DNA from: an uncultured cyanobacterium
GTDB lineage: Bacteria > Cyanobacteriota > Cyanobacteriia > Cyanobacteriales > CAWCAG01
Assembly (NCBI GenBank): GCA_963803805.1
Contig: CAWDOD010000003.1
Coordinates: 603,771-667,770 of the forward strand
DNA length: 64,000 nucleotides
Reading direction: 5' to 3'
Part shown: positions 8,681 to 21,001 of the stretch, one piece after another
How positions within the stretch are numbered: the stretch's first letter is position 1
Layout of the letters: each line of letters begins with the position of its first letter
Position numbers and translations under genes: made by a program
Notes under the pieces: generated by a model
The model's input: the letters and a program-made list of their open reading frames with translations, nothing else
Told to the model about the DNA's origin: nothing
The model's database searches: none

Positions 8681-10009
8681 ATGTCCATCGTCAACTTGCC
8701 TGGACTGAGGAATATGATTGACGACATTAGTCAAAGGCATAATTTGCCTAAATCAGCCGTCCAGCAAGCATTGCGAGAAGCATTACTCAAAGGTTACGAA
8801 CGTTATCGCCGCGCTCAAAATCTTGACCGCGACCATTTTAGTGAAGAATACTTTGAGAATTTTGAAATTGAACTAGATACAGAAGAGGAAGAAGAAGGTT
8901 TCCGCATCTTAGCCACTAAAGAAATTGTTGAAGAGGTAAGTAATACAGACCACCAAATTTCTCTTAAGGAAGTTCAAGAAGTTGCCGCAGAAGCAATGTC
9001 AGGAGACTCTGTGGTTTTAGATGTAACCCCAGATCAAAGAGACTTTGGTCGTATGGCGGCGATTCAAACCAAACAAGTCCTACTACAAAAGTTGCGAGAT
9101 CAACAACGGAAACTGGTTCAGGAGGAATTCCAAGACTTAGAAAATGAAGTACTCCAAGCTAGAGTACTAAGATTTGAAAGACAGTCCATTATTATGGCTG
9201 TTAATAGTGGTTTTGGACAGCCAGAAGTAGAAGCAGAATTACCAAAGCGAGAGCAGTTACCCAATGATAATTATCGGGCTAATGCGACTTTTCGGGTCTT
9301 TTTGAAAAAAGTTAGAGAAGGGCCCCATCGGGGACCGCAACTACTAGTTTCTCGTGCTTCGGCCGGTTTGGTAGTATATTTATTTGCTAACGAAGTCCCA
9401 GAAATAGAAGATGAAGTTGTTCGCATTGTTGCTGTTGCTAGGGAAGCTAGCCCACCTTCTCGTCAAGTTGGACCCCGAACTAAAATTGCTGTTGATACTT
9501 TAGAACGGGATGTAGATCCTGTTGGGGCTTGTATTGGTGCGAGGGGTTCACGCATTCAAGCAGTGGTAAATGAGTTGCGGGGAGAGAAAATCGACGTAAT
9601 TCGTTGGTCGCCTGATCCTTCTACTTATATATCTAATGCCCTTTCTCCTGCCCGTGTCGACCAAGTTTTGTTGGTCAATCCTGATGAACGCCAAGCCATG
9701 GTTTTGGTGGCAGAAAATCAACTCAGTTTGGCCATTGGCAAAGAAGGACAAAATGTTCGACTCGCCGCCCGCTTAACAGGTTGGAAAATTGATATTAAAG
9801 ATTCTGCTAAGTATGACGAAGAGTTAGCCAGACAAGCAGAAATGGAGAAGGAAGAGTCCGAATTAACTGAGGATCTAGAAGCTGAGGAAGATTGGTTAGA
9901 ACCTGAAGAAGAAGCTGAAACAGAAGAAGAAGTCGTTTCTACAGATGATGAAGAATCAGAATCAGAAGCAAGTTTAGAAAAGGAGGAACAGGAAGAAACT
10001 GAGCAATGA
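8681..10009 (+). CDS. nusA: Transcription termination/antitermination factor NusA
   Basis: FGRMAAIQTKQV, S1 and KH domains (DPVGACIGARGSRI, AIGKEGQNVRLAA); acidic tail. Confidence 0.98.
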   Translation: MSIVNLPGLRNMIDDISQRHNLPKSAVQQALREALLKGYERYRRAQNLDRDHFSEEYFENFEIELDTEEEEEGFRILATKEIVEEVSNTDHQISLKEVQEVAAEAMSGDSVVLDVTPDQRDFGRMAAIQTKQVLLQKLRDQQRKLVQEEFQDLENEVLQARVLRFERQSIIMAVNSGFGQPEVEAELPKREQLPNDNYRANATFRVFLKKVREGPHRGPQLLVSRASAGLVVYLFANEVPEIEDEVVRIVAVAREASPPSRQVGPRTKIAVDTLERDVDPVGACIGARGSRIQAVVNELRGEKIDVIRWSPDPSTYISNALSPARVDQVLLVNPDERQAMVLVAENQLSLAIGKEGQNVRLAARLTGWKIDIKDSAKYDEELARQAEMEKEESELTEDLEAEEDWLEPEEEAETEEEVVSTDDEESESEASLEKEEQEETEQ

Positions 10010-10013
10010 GATA

Positions 10014-10253
10014 ATGATTAACCAACGACGTTGTATAAGCTGTCGTAAGTTGGGGCAAAAAGAAGAATTTTGGCGCGTCGTCAGAGTTCATCCTACTAGA
10101 GAAATCAAATTAGATGAAGGTATGGGACGTTCTGCTTATCTTTGCTCCCAAGCTGAATGTCTTCAGCTAGCCCAAAAAAAGAATCGCTTAGGACGTTCCC
10201 TACGGGCTAAAGTTTCTGAAGACATTTATCAAAGTTTGTGGCAGCGTTTGTAA
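10014..10253 (+). CDS. ylxR: YlxR/RnpM family RNA-binding protein
   Basis: RRCISCRK...GRSAYLC; follows nusA. Confidence 0.92.
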   Translation: MINQRRCISCRKLGQKEEFWRVVRVHPTREIKLDEGMGRSAYLCSQAECLQLAQKKNRLGRSLRAKVSEDIYQSLWQRL

Positions 10254-10275
10254 GTAAATTAATAAGTTTAGATGG

Positions 10276-10354
10276 AGGGCTGGTTTTTGTAGATTTTGGC
10301 TCATAATATAGCTTCTACTAGAACCCGCCCTTACAGAGATTTTGGCTCACAATA
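10276..10354. repeat. REP-like palindrome plus short direct repeat
   Basis: AGGGCTGGTTTTTGTAGA...TCTACTAGAACCCGCCCTTAC; AGATTTTGGCTCA(T/C)AATA at 10291 and 10337. Confidence 0.6.
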
Positions 10355-10536
10355 CAATTTCCGGTTTTATGAATTACTGCTTAAAACACTGAAGAAGCCT
10401 TTTGGTGATGAGCAACAACTCTGTTAAAAGGGTTTCTAACTCTGTAGTGGTTTTCAAATTTGCATGACATAATAAAGTTGACCTGTAATCAATATTTAAC
10501 TTTAAGAAAATATTAATTATTGAGGATATTTTATTA

Positions 10537-11436
10537 ATGAATTGGTTTTCTCAGACTATCAACGACTTGCGAATAAAAAAACATTATTTGATGCAGGAAT
10601 ATGCAAATAATTCGCGTTTTTATAGGAACGTTCTTTCTCCATCAACAGAAGTAATTAATCAAAAAGAGATCAGAATTGTCGGGATACGCCGTACGGGAAA
10701 TCATGCCATTGTTGGCTGGATCAGAGCGCAACATCCAGAATATGCTTTTCATATCAATCATCCTCCGGCGGGAAAAAATCCATATCAGTTTCTTTATACT
10801 CATTTCAAAAAGCCTGAACAATATCAAGAAGCAATAGGAAATTTTTCTAAAAAGAGTCTACTAATTCTTAGTTATGAAGATCAAGAAATAGAAAAAATTT
10901 GTTCTGCTAAGTTTGAAAAGTTCCATGATACATATGTTGGAATTTCAGCAAGCAGATTTGATGTTCTCATACTCAGAGATCCTTTCAATTTACTTGCTAG
11001 CAGAATAAAATCAAATAAGTCTAGCCTGACTGATGGTACTGCCCTAGAAGCTATCCAGTTTTGGAAATCCTACGCACGAGAGTTTTTAGGAGAAACACAA
11101 TTTCTCATCCATAATAAGTTGTGTATAAACTTCAATAAGTGGCATTATGATGCCCAATATCGAGAAGAAATAGCTAAACATTTGAATCTTGAATTTACTG
11201 ATGCTGGTCGAGAGAGGGTTAGAGATTATGGAGGAGGAAGTTCTTTTGATGGTCGCCAACTTGATGGACAAGCTTCACAGCTTAAAATCCTCAATCGCTG
11301 GGAATTATTTGAAGATGTAGATTGGTTTTGGAATCTATTTAAAGATGAAGAATTACTAGATTATACAGAACGCATTTTTGACAAGGAAACTCTCCCCTTT
11401 GATAAAATACAACGCGAGGTTTCCCAACTTGCTTAA
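10537..11436 (+). CDS. Sulfotransferase-like protein
   Basis: VGIRRTGNHAIVGWI (5'-PSB-like) and VLILRDPFNLLAS (3'-PB-like) motifs. Confidence 0.65.
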   Translation: MNWFSQTINDLRIKKHYLMQEYANNSRFYRNVLSPSTEVINQKEIRIVGIRRTGNHAIVGWIRAQHPEYAFHINHPPAGKNPYQFLYTHFKKPEQYQEAIGNFSKKSLLILSYEDQEIEKICSAKFEKFHDTYVGISASRFDVLILRDPFNLLASRIKSNKSSLTDGTALEAIQFWKSYAREFLGETQFLIHNKLCINFNKWHYDAQYREEIAKHLNLEFTDAGRERVRDYGGGSSFDGRQLDGQASQLKILNRWELFEDVDWFWNLFKDEELLDYTERIFDKETLPFDKIQREVSQLA

Positions 11437-11466
11437 GCTGACTAACTTAAATTCAACTCAATCAAG

Positions 11467-11943
11467 ATGAAAAAAATTCTGGCGATTACCTGTTTAATTA
11501 TTTCTATTTTAATTTCACCTGGTTTTACTCAAATTGCCCAAGCCGCTAGGGGAGTTGACCTTCTCGATAAATATGTTTATGAAACTCTCCAAGAATATGC
11601 CCAGGCTTGGGATCAACAAAGCCCAGAACAAGTGATTTCCACCTTCACTTCGGAGGGAACATATCAAGAAAATGAAGGCGGTTTTTCGGCGGCTAACCCT
11701 GAAGAAGCCAAAAAGTTCCTCGAAGAGATTTTCACCTCTCTTCCTGGTAGTAACTTTAAGATATTAACCCTGACCACAGATGGTCAAGACTCTGTGGATC
11801 TTCACTGGGAAATAAGTGGTTATTTTCAGGGCAAACCCTACGCTGTACAAGGAGTAGATGCTATGGAAATCGCAGGCAACAAAATTAAGTCCGTGCGAGG
11901 TTATTCCAATCCAGAAGATTGGGAAAAAATTTTCAACCCTTGA
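11467..11943 (+). CDS. Secreted SnoaL/NTF2-like protein
   Basis: Signal peptide ending AQA; YAQAWD...FTSEGTY...GVDAMEIAGNKIKSVRGY. Confidence 0.8.
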   Translation: MKKILAITCLIISILISPGFTQIAQAARGVDLLDKYVYETLQEYAQAWDQQSPEQVISTFTSEGTYQENEGGFSAANPEEAKKFLEEIFTSLPGSNFKILTLTTDGQDSVDLHWEISGYFQGKPYAVQGVDAMEIAGNKIKSVRGYSNPEDWEKIFNP

Positions 11944-11985
11944 ATTTCCCACTTGTTACTTTCTTGTTACTTGACTTTTTTCCCA

Positions 11986-14900
11986 TCATCCCGTATTACG
12001 CATCCCTGCCGCAATACCGTTAATAGTTAACAAAGCCCCTCGCAACAATTCTTCCTTACTGTAACGGAAGTGTATTGTTCCTGAGATACCTTGGTTACTA
12101 TATTCTCGTAGTCGCTTAAGCAAAGCTACCTGCAAAAAACCCAGGGGAACAATAGTACCATTGCGTAGTTGAACTGAACGCTGCAATCCTGGGTCACTAT
12201 CTAAAAGGCGTTTGTGACCAGTAATAACCAAAACCAGATCGCGAGTAAGATTATATTCTTTGGTTATTTGAGCAGATACCTTAGCAAAACGTTCCCGATC
12301 TTCTGGTGCTGAGAGTTCATTAACATAATGACTAGCCATTTGTAAATCTACTTTAGCTAAGGTCATTTCTACTTTAGAAATAGCTATTTTGAAAAAAGGC
12401 CACTTAAAGTAGAAATAACGTAACAGTTTTAAGTTTTCTTCTGGTTCTTTATCAAGAAACTCTCTGAGTGCCGTACCCACGCCATACCAAGCGGGCAAAA
12501 GAAAGCGGCTTTGAGTCCAGCTAAAGACCCAAGGAATAGCCCGCAAACTACTTAGATCCTTTTTACCCTTTTTGCGTCGGGCAGGGCGAGAACTAATTTG
12601 CAGTTGACTAATTTCTTGGATTGGTGTGACGGACATAAAAAAGTCCAGGAAGTCTGGCTGTTCGTAAATTAAGGCGCGGTAAGAAGCCCTGGCATTGGCT
12701 GCTAATTCCTCCATAATTTCGTTCCAAGGCTCAATATCGTCAAAGCCACTTCCGAGTAAGCTAGCTTGAATTACTGCGGTTGTGACGGATTCGAGGTGAT
12801 AAAGAGCTAAATCCGGTAAGGAGTATTTAGAAGCAAGAACTTCTCCTTGTTCGGTAATTTTAATTCTGCCGTTAACAGTGGAATTAGGTTGAGCTAAGAT
12901 AGCTTCGTAGGCAGGGCCACCACCGCGACCAACAGACCCACCTCGACCATGGAAGATGCGTAAAGCAATATTAAATTTTTTGGCAATGTTTTCTAGGGCT
13001 TTTTGAGCTTTATGAATTTCCCAGTTACTGCTTAAAAATCCTGAGTCTTTATTGCTGTCGGAGTAACCCAGCATTACTTCCTGGAGGTTGGGAGGTTGGA
13101 GTCCTGCGGGTTGGGAGTCGTGGCTATAACCTCCTGTTAAAGCGGCATTGTATAAAGGTAACTCAAACAAGGATTTCATGACCGCAGGGGCGCGTTTGAG
13201 GTCATCTACGGTTTCAAATAAAGGAACTACCCTAATGGTACTAATTCCTGTAGCTGGGTCGTAGAGTCCTGATTCTTTGGCTAAGAGTAATACTTCGAGA
13301 ATATCGCTGACATCATTGCTCATACTAATAATGTAGGTATGGCAAATGTTTACCCCAAATTCCTGTTGCATTTTCCGCAGCATTCGGAAAGTTTCAATAG
13401 TTTCGCAGGTTCTCTCGGAAAAAGGCATTTCCGCCGGAATTAAGGGGCGGCGAGTTTGTAATTCTGTGGTTAACCAAATTGAACGTTCTGATTCGGAAAG
13501 TTCGTTATATTTTTTGGGAAGAACTTGCAGATATTCCGCAATTTCTTCTAAAGAATCAGAATGTCGCGAAGATTCTTGGCGCATATCCAATCGCGCTAAG
13601 TTGAAGCCATATATTTCCGCTTGGGAGATTAAACGGTCTAAATCACGACAACTTAAACCTGTTTCCACTAGATTGCGTTGAATCAATGCCAATTCAGCCA
13701 GAAATTCTTCCCCGGACTGATATAAACTTTGGGGAGCAATATCTTTCAATCCTTGCTGTTGGGATAAGTCATTAGTGGCTAAAATATTGTTGCGTTTGCG
13801 GGTATTAATCAGACGCTTGGTGATATAAGCTAGTTTCAAGCGATAGGGTTCTTGGCGATAGCGAATAGCCAACTGCTCATAAATCTCTGGCATATGCAAG
13901 CGGTCTTGTTCTAACGAATCAAGTAACTCTGGTAAGACATTGCTCCAATGTAGAGATAAGCTCAAAGAACTAGTCAGCTTTTCTACTGAATCTATATACT
14001 TGCTCAAAACCGAATCTCTTTGGTAACAAGCCGTTGACCAAGTGACTTCCGGAGTTACTGAAGGGTTCCCATCGCGGTCAGAACCAACCCAAGAACCAAA
14101 GCAACAAAAGTTATTGTGGGGAGGGCGTATATTGGGGAAAGCCGACTTTAGGGCTTGCTTAAGCCTAGTTGAAAGTTCTGGGATAACATCAAATAAAACC
14201 GTATCAAAGTAGTGGAGAGCATAATCTACCTCATCTAAAACTTGAGGTTTAAATTGATGCAACTCATCAGTACGCCACCAAAGACGAATTTCCTCCATAA
14301 TTTGTTCTGTAGCAGCATCAACTTCCCAAGACGTTGCTGTTGCCCAAGCATTGTTGGGTAACTTCGCTTGCAAGCCTTCTTCTGCTTGGTCAAGTTGCTG
14401 GAGAATGCCGGAAATACAGCGCTGTTTTTTACGAATTGTGTGACGGACAATTTCTGTGGGATGTGCTGTAAAAACGAGGCGAACATCTAGCTGTTCTAGC
14501 AATCTTTGAATAGTTTGAGGGGGCATATTCACCTTTTTGAGGTGAGGAAAAAGCCAGTAGAAAGTACCTGCTTGGTAAAGGTGATCTTCTTCGCTATCTT
14601 GCCAGCTTTTTTCTAAGCGATTAACTCCTAGAGGCGAATCTTTAGTAGTTCCATTTTCTAAATCATCGGAGTTGGGTGCAGATTCTCCCTTTTGCTCTTT
14701 GTAGGTAACTTGACGAGAAATTTGTTGATCTTTTTGTTCGTAGTGTTGCTCAACGATATTAATTAATTGGAAATAAAGAGCAAAAGCACGAGCTGCTTTA
14801 ATGGCATCATCAAGCTCTAATTTAGCAATTAATTTCGGTACAGATGACTCCGGTAACTCTGTGGTTAAACCTTCTGGAGAACACATTGACCGTAGTTGCT

Positions 14901-15048
14901 TTAGTAAATCTAATAACTCCTGACCACATTCATACCGCAGAACCGATTCCCATAAATCTTCTACTAGCTTGAGTCGCCGACGTAACAAAAGTTCAGACGT
15001 AGAAGGGAGCCTAATTTCTTGCTCAGAAAATTGTAGAAGCGAACTCAT
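11986..15048 (-). CDS. ppc: Phosphoenolpyruvate carboxylase
   Basis: [50 protein letters not shown]-terminal MRNTG. Confidence 0.99.
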   Translation of the reverse strand: MSSLLQFSEQEIRLPSTSELLLRRRLKLVEDLWESVLRYECGQELLDLLKQLRSMCSPEGLTTELPESSVPKLIAKLELDDAIKAARAFALYFQLINIVEQHYEQKDQQISRQVTYKEQKGESAPNSDDLENGTTKDSPLGVNRLEKSWQDSEEDHLYQAGTFYWLFPHLKKVNMPPQTIQRLLEQLDVRLVFTAHPTEIVRHTIRKKQRCISGILQQLDQAEEGLQAKLPNNAWATATSWEVDAATEQIMEEIRLWWRTDELHQFKPQVLDEVDYALHYFDTVLFDVIPELSTRLKQALKSAFPNIRPPHNNFCCFGSWVGSDRDGNPSVTPEVTWSTACYQRDSVLSKYIDSVEKLTSSLSLSLHWSNVLPELLDSLEQDRLHMPEIYEQLAIRYRQEPYRLKLAYITKRLINTRKRNNILATNDLSQQQGLKDIAPQSLYQSGEEFLAELALIQRNLVETGLSCRDLDRLISQAEIYGFNLARLDMRQESSRHSDSLEEIAEYLQVLPKKYNELSESERSIWLTTELQTRRPLIPAEMPFSERTCETIETFRMLRKMQQEFGVNICHTYIISMSNDVSDILEVLLLAKESGLYDPATGISTIRVVPLFETVDDLKRAPAVMKSLFELPLYNAALTGGYSHDSQPAGLQPPNLQEVMLGYSDSNKDSGFLSSNWEIHKAQKALENIAKKFNIALRIFHGRGGSVGRGGGPAYEAILAQPNSTVNGRIKITEQGEVLASKYSLPDLALYHLESVTTAVIQASLLGSGFDDIEPWNEIMEELAANARASYRALIYEQPDFLDFFMSVTPIQEISQLQISSRPARRKKGKKDLSSLRAIPWVFSWTQSRFLLPAWYGVGTALREFLDKEPEENLKLLRYFYFKWPFFKIAISKVEMTLAKVDLQMASHYVNELSAPEDRERFAKVSAQITKEYNLTRDLVLVITGHKRLLDSDPGLQRSVQLRNGTIVPLGFLQVALLKRLREYSNQGISGTIHFRYSKEELLRGALLTINGIAAGMRNTG

Positions 15049-15274
15049 AACTGTCTGTTCCCACTAAAAAAACTATAACCCACTTACAAAAAACACCTAC
15101 TATATTGCGCCCCTAGATGATTTTGGTGTTTTTTGATTTAGATCAAAAATGTCAAGGGCGTTTGGGTAGCGCTTTTATGATTGTATGGGTTCGTGGTTTA
15201 CTTTGTAGCACAAGTGAACACTGAATAAAGAATTCATACTCTAGTAAGATGAAAGATTTGGGCTTAAATATAAG

Positions 15275-15517
15275 CTACTTGCCTTTTTCTTGTTCCTGAT
15301 TTAGTTGGGAAAAATGGAGTAAGGGCAAATGGTCACCTCGAAAAATTTCTTCGCTAGCTTTGCCAATCTCGATTAATGATTCAACCAGCTTCTCCGTTGC
15401 CATAACGCTAAGTAAGAAAGGCCCTGTCGCAAAACTCAAGACATTTTCTGCGTTGATTGGTAATTTAGAAAGATTCCAAGCTGCATTTTGCGAGGAATTT
15501 TTGTATTCTGGTGGCAT
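15275..15517 (-). CDS. Conserved cyanobacterial hypothetical protein
   Basis: LSFATGPFLL...IGKASEEIFRGDHLPLLHF motif. Confidence 0.7.
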   Translation of the reverse strand: MPPEYKNSSQNAAWNLSKLPINAENVLSFATGPFLLSVMATEKLVESLIEIGKASEEIFRGDHLPLLHFSQLNQEQEKGK

Positions 15518-15612
15518 TGCTTGTCTATTATATAGTTTATAAAATTGCTTACTTACATGATATTTTAATACCCTTTGTCCTTAATCAATTGCTAATCCCA
15601 GATTTGTAAACA

Positions 15613-18589
15613 GTGATGTTGGATGTAGATCGACACCACCCTAAAACTCGCAACCCTTCTTTTTCTGAATGGTTGTATCAGGCGCTTCAAAAATCTGAAC
15701 AAGTGCCGTTGAATATGCGCTTGCGAGTCCGTTTGAAGGGTAATAATCTTTTAGTTCTTTGCGAAGATCGTTCCTGTCCCCAGGCTACTAAGCTTGTACC
15801 TCGATTGGCTAAGATTCTTAAATCGACTCAGGGGCAACAGAAAATTTTAGCTTTGGGACATAAAGATTCCATTTACCAAGTGGTTGTTTATGGTAAGGAA
15901 GTTGGTCAAAATAGTTTTGCTTGGATCAAAACTATTACCCTCAATCCAGAGAAATCATCTCTACCTGAAGGAAAAAAGCACTCCCTAGACTCCCATAAAA
16001 ATTTAGCCCGTTCTGGTTATCCTACTGCTATTGCTCGCTATCTCAGTGCCGTTCTTTCTCACTTAGGCGTTAGTGTCAAGGTTGTCCTGCAAAAGCTTTC
16101 TGAGGCTGACGAACTAGCAGAAACCTCTGACCGCAGGCTTTGGGTGATTTGCAGTTGTAACTATAGTCCTGACCCCTCTTTACTTGCTGAACCCATTGCC
16201 CAAAAGCTACGAGCCTTAGAACTAGAAGGTCATAGAGAAGCTATTGTTAGAGCACAGGTAAGGGGTGAAGAACTCCCTGACTGGACTTTACGGGTAGATT
16301 TAACATCTTCAAAGCAGATGCTCAAAAATTGGGCTAAGTGGGGAGATATTCAGGCTTTAACCCGCTTACTTAATGAAGAATTGCAAGACCAAGGCATGGA
16401 AGTCAGGGCTGTTCTTAAAGATGTAACCTTACATCTATTTGCGAGGGTTCTATCTCCAACTCAGGAAGCTCATCAAGACAGTCCTAACCAGGATAACGTC
16501 GTAGGGGTAATTTTGCCAATTTTAGAGCTTCTCAAGCCCCAAGGAATTGAGTCTGCTACGGTTTATGGTATCCAAAATCCCAAGCTTAATAGGGCAACCA
16601 TAAATAATGACCCTGGTATGGTTAATTTTGCTAATATTAATCATCCTGTTAATGCCCATGGTTCAGAAGTACCTGTTTGGATTAAATGGTTAAGTTTGAT
16701 GCCACCAGGAGAGGGGACTTCGGCTTATTCTCTTGCTCAACAAGGTGATAAAAAATCCCTTACTTTCCTACTGCAAAGATTACTCAATCCTGACATTGAT
16801 GAACGCTCACGGTTAGGAGGAGTTAGGGTTAAGCTGTGTCGCAAACAAAATCTTCTCCACATTATGTGTGAGGGTATCATCTGCCCTTCTCAAGAAGTTG
16901 TCCCCCCAATAGAAAGCTTACTGCGTCAACTTTCTATTCCTCAAATTGTCGGGGTAAGAATTTATGGTCGTCGTGCTGGTAAATCGTCGGCGACTTGGAG
17001 TCGGGGTGTTGATTTTGTTAGTCGTAAAAGTTTGGCGGTTGAAGTAACTCCGGAATTTGAGGAGACAGAAAATTATCCTCCTAAAGTGGAAACTGCTACC
17101 AATGATGAAGCTTTACTTCCTCAACAAGAGGAGGAAAGCAACCCCACTATTCTTAGTCAAATAGGTTCAGGAACTGGTCAGTTCCTCAAGCAAATTCTCT
17201 GTTTATCGAGGTTTTTTGTTCCTGACCAACAACCAACTTTGGCTCCTACCTTAACAAATAAAGGCATAAGAGCAACGGTTGCTTGGGCTACTTTAGGGTT
17301 GATCTGCGCTTTGACAACAGATAGCTTATTGGGATTATGGCTGCAAAATAGTTCTCAAGTAGAAGAACAGGAAAAAAATTTGTTAGCTGATTTTGAAGAC
17401 GAACTCCTGCCCACTTCTCCAACTTCTGGGGAAGTTTCTGGAGAAGCCGATGGAGTTTTTAATGGGGAACAATTTACCCAAAAAGGACAAAAGCAAATTG
17501 GCTCGGAAGGTATATCTCGCCCCAATGCTACCACCGCCGCCATACTAGCTTCTGCCCGTTCTGATAATCCTTCTTTTAATAACCGACTATTAGATGAAAA
17601 GTTAGCCCTTTACCAACAACAGGTTAAAGAAAAAGGGGGTCCTCCCGATGTTTTGATTGTGGGAAGTTCTCGGGCTTTGCGAGGAGTAGATCCTCAAAGG
17701 TTGCAAGAAACTCTAGCTCAACAAGGTTATGAAGATTTAAAGGTATTTAATTTTGGTGTTAATGGTGCGACTGCTCAAGTAGTAGATTTTATTCTGCGTC
17801 GTCTTTTAAGTCTGGAGGAATTACCGAAACTAATTATTTGGGCAGATGGGGCTAGGGCTTTTAATAGTGGCAGGGAAGATTTGACTTACCAAGCTATTGC
17901 TAATTCGGCAGGTTATCAAAAATTAAATGCAGGAAATTTTGCTAACACTTCCCAAGAAGATACTTCTGATCAAGCAAGTTTAAACAATAGCTATGAGGTA
18001 GCTAATGATTGGGTTAATGAATTATTAGGTAATATTTCTAGAGTTTATTCCCAGCGCGATCGCCTCAAAGCTTTATTTCGAGATCAATTTGCTAACTTAG
18101 TTGATTCTGCTTCTTCTCAAGAAGAAATTGAGAGGTTAACTCAAGAAGAAGGAAGGATGGCTATTGATATTGATGGTTTTCTACCTCTGTCGGAACGCTT
18201 CGATCCCCAAACCTATCATCAAGAACATCCTCTAGTTTCAGGGAGCTATGATGGAGACTATAATTCTTTTCGTTTAGACGGAAAACAAGACCAAGCTATC
18301 CGAAATCTTTTGCAATTTCTAGCAACTCAAAATAGTAGTTTGGTTTTTGTTAATTTGCCTTTGACGGAGCAGTATTTACAATCCGGTTCGTCGCAAATAT
18401 GAGAAGGAATTTGCTCAATATATGAATCGTACTGAGGCAGAAACAGGTTTGATTTTTCTAGATTTTGCTAATATCTGGACTGGACAAAATCAGCTTTTTT
18501 CCGATCCTAGTCACCTTAACCGATATGGGGCTTTTGAAGTATCTCAAGAGTTGGGGAAAGAAGATGAAATTCCTTGGTCAAAGAAATAG
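15613..18589 (+). CDS. Large membrane protein with C-terminal SGNH-like (DUF1574-type) domain; frameshift near 18378
   Basis: VLIVGSSRALRGVDP, FNFGVNGATAQV; FSDPSHLNRYGA lies in the shifted frame, ending TAG 18587-18589. Confidence 0.75.
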
Positions 18590-19201
18590 ATTTTGCCTTG
18601 ATTTACTAATCATCGGATTTTTAATTGGGTAATTACCCTACAAACCCAATCTGTCCAGGGGCTAATTGTAAAGCTTTCAATTCTCTTCATTTTCTTCAAA
18701 TGTTTTAAGAGCTAGTCCCCATACACCTAGAATGTTATATTTGTCAAAAAAACTTTTAAAATCACCTCAAAATTTGTTCACCCTTACACTCTTCATGGTT
18801 AATATTTTGAGGGGAATTGCTATGAAATGAACGATTTATCTAGCTTGTAGAGACTCGCTTTTAATTTTTGACACTACAATAGGAGTGTGATTTTTTCTAC
18901 TTTACCATAAAAGTACACAAATGCGTTGTTTGAAGAATTTTTTTAGACTTGACATTTGGTAAGTTGAAGTTATGTTAATTTTAAATATTTAATAGAAAGC
19001 TGAATTTAGTTAAACTGATGCTTATACTATCGCTTTAACGTTTCGGACGCTTTCCCCACCGTAATAAAATCTTAGATCGAGAAACTACTCCCCAAGAAGA
19101 AGAGTTTCTCTCTCAACCTAGCTCATCTTTTTAAAAGATAAGAGCAACAAGTCCAAGGAAAAATAGTAAAATGACATTCCTAAACTAACTCCTTTCTCTC
19201 C

Positions 19202-20384
19202 ATGAAACTTGTTTGCTCTCAAAGCGATCTCAGCACCAATCTTTCTTTAATCAGCCGTGCTGTACCTTCTCGCCCAACCCATCCCGTCCTTGGCAATGTT
19301 TTGTTAGTTGCCGACGAAAAAACCCAGCGAGTTAGTCTTACCGCTTTTGATTTAAGTCTTGGTATTCAAACCAGTTTCCCTGCCCAGGTAATCGAAGGCA
19401 GTACCATTACCTTGCCAGCTAAGCTACTAAACGACATCATTTCTCGACTTCCAGAAGGAGAAATCACCCTACTCTATGAAGAGGGAGAGGGGGAGGAAGG
19501 AAATGAAGGATCTTCTAGTTACCCTAACTTCAGCTTCCGGACGCTATCAGGTGAGAGGTATGGGGGCAGAGGAGTTTCCTGATTTACCTGTGATTGAAGA
19601 AGGACTTGCCCTTCACTTGCCTGGAAATGCTTTAGTAGAAGGTTTGCGAGGTAGTATTTTCGCTGCCAGTACTGATGAGACTAAGCAGATATTAACGGGT
19701 ATACATTTGGGTTTGCAACAAGATAGCCTCGAATTTGCCGCTACCGATGGACATCGTTTGGCAGTGGTAGAAACTAGTACCGAAGGGGAGGAAGAAGCCG
19801 AAGAAACCTCAGCAATTAAAAATAATGTCGAAGAATTTGCTGCAACTATTCCGGCTAGGGCGTTAAGGGAATTGGAGAGAATTTTGGCAACTCGCCAAAG
19901 TAAAGAACCTGTGGCACTTTATGCTGATGATGGGCAAGTGGTTTTTGAATTAGGGGAACAACGCTTAACTAGTCGCAAGTTAGATGGACAATACCCCGCT
20001 TACGAACAATTGCTCCCCTCACAATTTGCAATTACTTTAACCGTAGAACGCAAACGATTATTAAGCAGCTTAGAATTAGTGGCGGTACTAGCAGAGCAGA
20101 AAAATAGTATCGTTAAATTTAGTTTAGATAGCGAGGCGCAACAACTTTCTCTTTCTGTAGATGCCCAAGATGTAGGTAGTGCTAAAGAGTCTATGCCCGC
20201 ACAAATTTCTGGGGAAAGTATTGAGATTGCTTTTAATGTTAAGTATGTTTTGGATTCCTTAAAAGTACTCAACGCCGCAGAAATTACCATGCAAATGAAT
20301 ACTTCAGATAGTCCGGTGATTTTGACTCCTTTGAGTGGGGTAAAGATGACTCATTTGGTCATGCCAGTACAGATAAGGGGATAA
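19202..20384 (+). CDS. dnaN: DNA polymerase III beta clamp (split by an apparent +1 indel near 19508)
   Basis: SRAVPSRPTHPVLGN...AFDLSLGI in ORF1; AATDGHRLA, IAFNVKY, LVMPVQ in ORF2; removing one G in GAAGGATCTT restores the frame. Confidence 0.95.
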
Positions 20385-20387
20385 TGT

Positions 20388-20429
20388 CAGTGAACAGTAA
20401 ACAGTAAACAGTTATCAGTTACCAGTTAG
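20388..20429 (+). repeat. Heptameric tandem repeat (CAGTWAN)x6
   Basis: CAGTGAA CAGTAAA CAGTAAA CAGTTAT CAGTTAC CAGTTAG. Confidence 0.8.
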
Positions 20430-20440
20430 CTTAATTATCT

Positions 20441-20473
20441 CGTAGGTTGGGTTAAACGAAGAGCAACCCAACG
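20441..20473 (+). repeat. GTAG-type REP hairpin
   Basis: CGTAG-GTTGGGTT-AAACGAAGAGC-AACCCAAC. Confidence 0.75.
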
Positions 20474-20590
20474 AAACATTGCGATAGTAATATCCGTTTT
20501 AATAGTTAATAGGTAAGAAATACAGCTTAATGATTGTTACATAATAGTCTTGGAGCAAAAATTGCTAGATTCCCTAGCTTTAGCGAGCAA

Positions 20591-21001
20591 ATGAGAGATA
20601 AATTTCACAATGCGGTAAGACACGGGCTAGAAAAGGATGGTTGGACAATCACCGAAGATCCTCTCAGGATTCGGTCTGGTCGAGTTGATATGCAAATAGA
20701 CTTGGGGGCTGAGAGGTTACTAGCGGCAATAAGAGGAAAGGAAAAAATTGCTGTTGAGGTGAAAAGCTTTACCAATCCATCTAATATTTCTGAGTTTCAC
20801 ACTGCTTTGGGACAATTTTTGAATTATCAAGTTGCTTTAGAAGAACAGAAGCCCGAATTTAAGCTGTTTCTGGCTATACCTATGGGGACATTCAAAACAT
20901 TTTTTAATCTACCATTCGTACAAACGGTAGTTGAGCGTTTTCAACTTAGTCTCTTAGTTTATAATCCATCTGAAGAGGTGATTTTAGAATGGAAAAGGTA
21001 A
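20591..21001 (+). CDS. xisH: XisH family protein (restriction-endonuclease-like fold)
   Basis: RDKFHNAVRHGLEKDGWTITEDP...IDLGAE...IAVEVKSF...FHTALGQFLNY. Confidence 0.93.
   Translation: MRDKFHNAVRHGLEKDGWTITEDPLRIRSGRVDMQIDLGAERLLAAIRGKEKIAVEVKSFTNPSNISEFHTALGQFLNYQVALEEQKPEFKLFLAIPMGTFKTFFNLPFVQTVVERFQLSLLVYNPSEEVILEWKR

Noticed and set aside
19476-19582. Programmed frameshift or genuinely two-gene dnaN, given the purine-rich SD-like run at the junction
   Set aside because: No recognisable slippery heptamer or stimulatory hairpin; one extra G explains it and similar indels occur in many unrelated genes in the window
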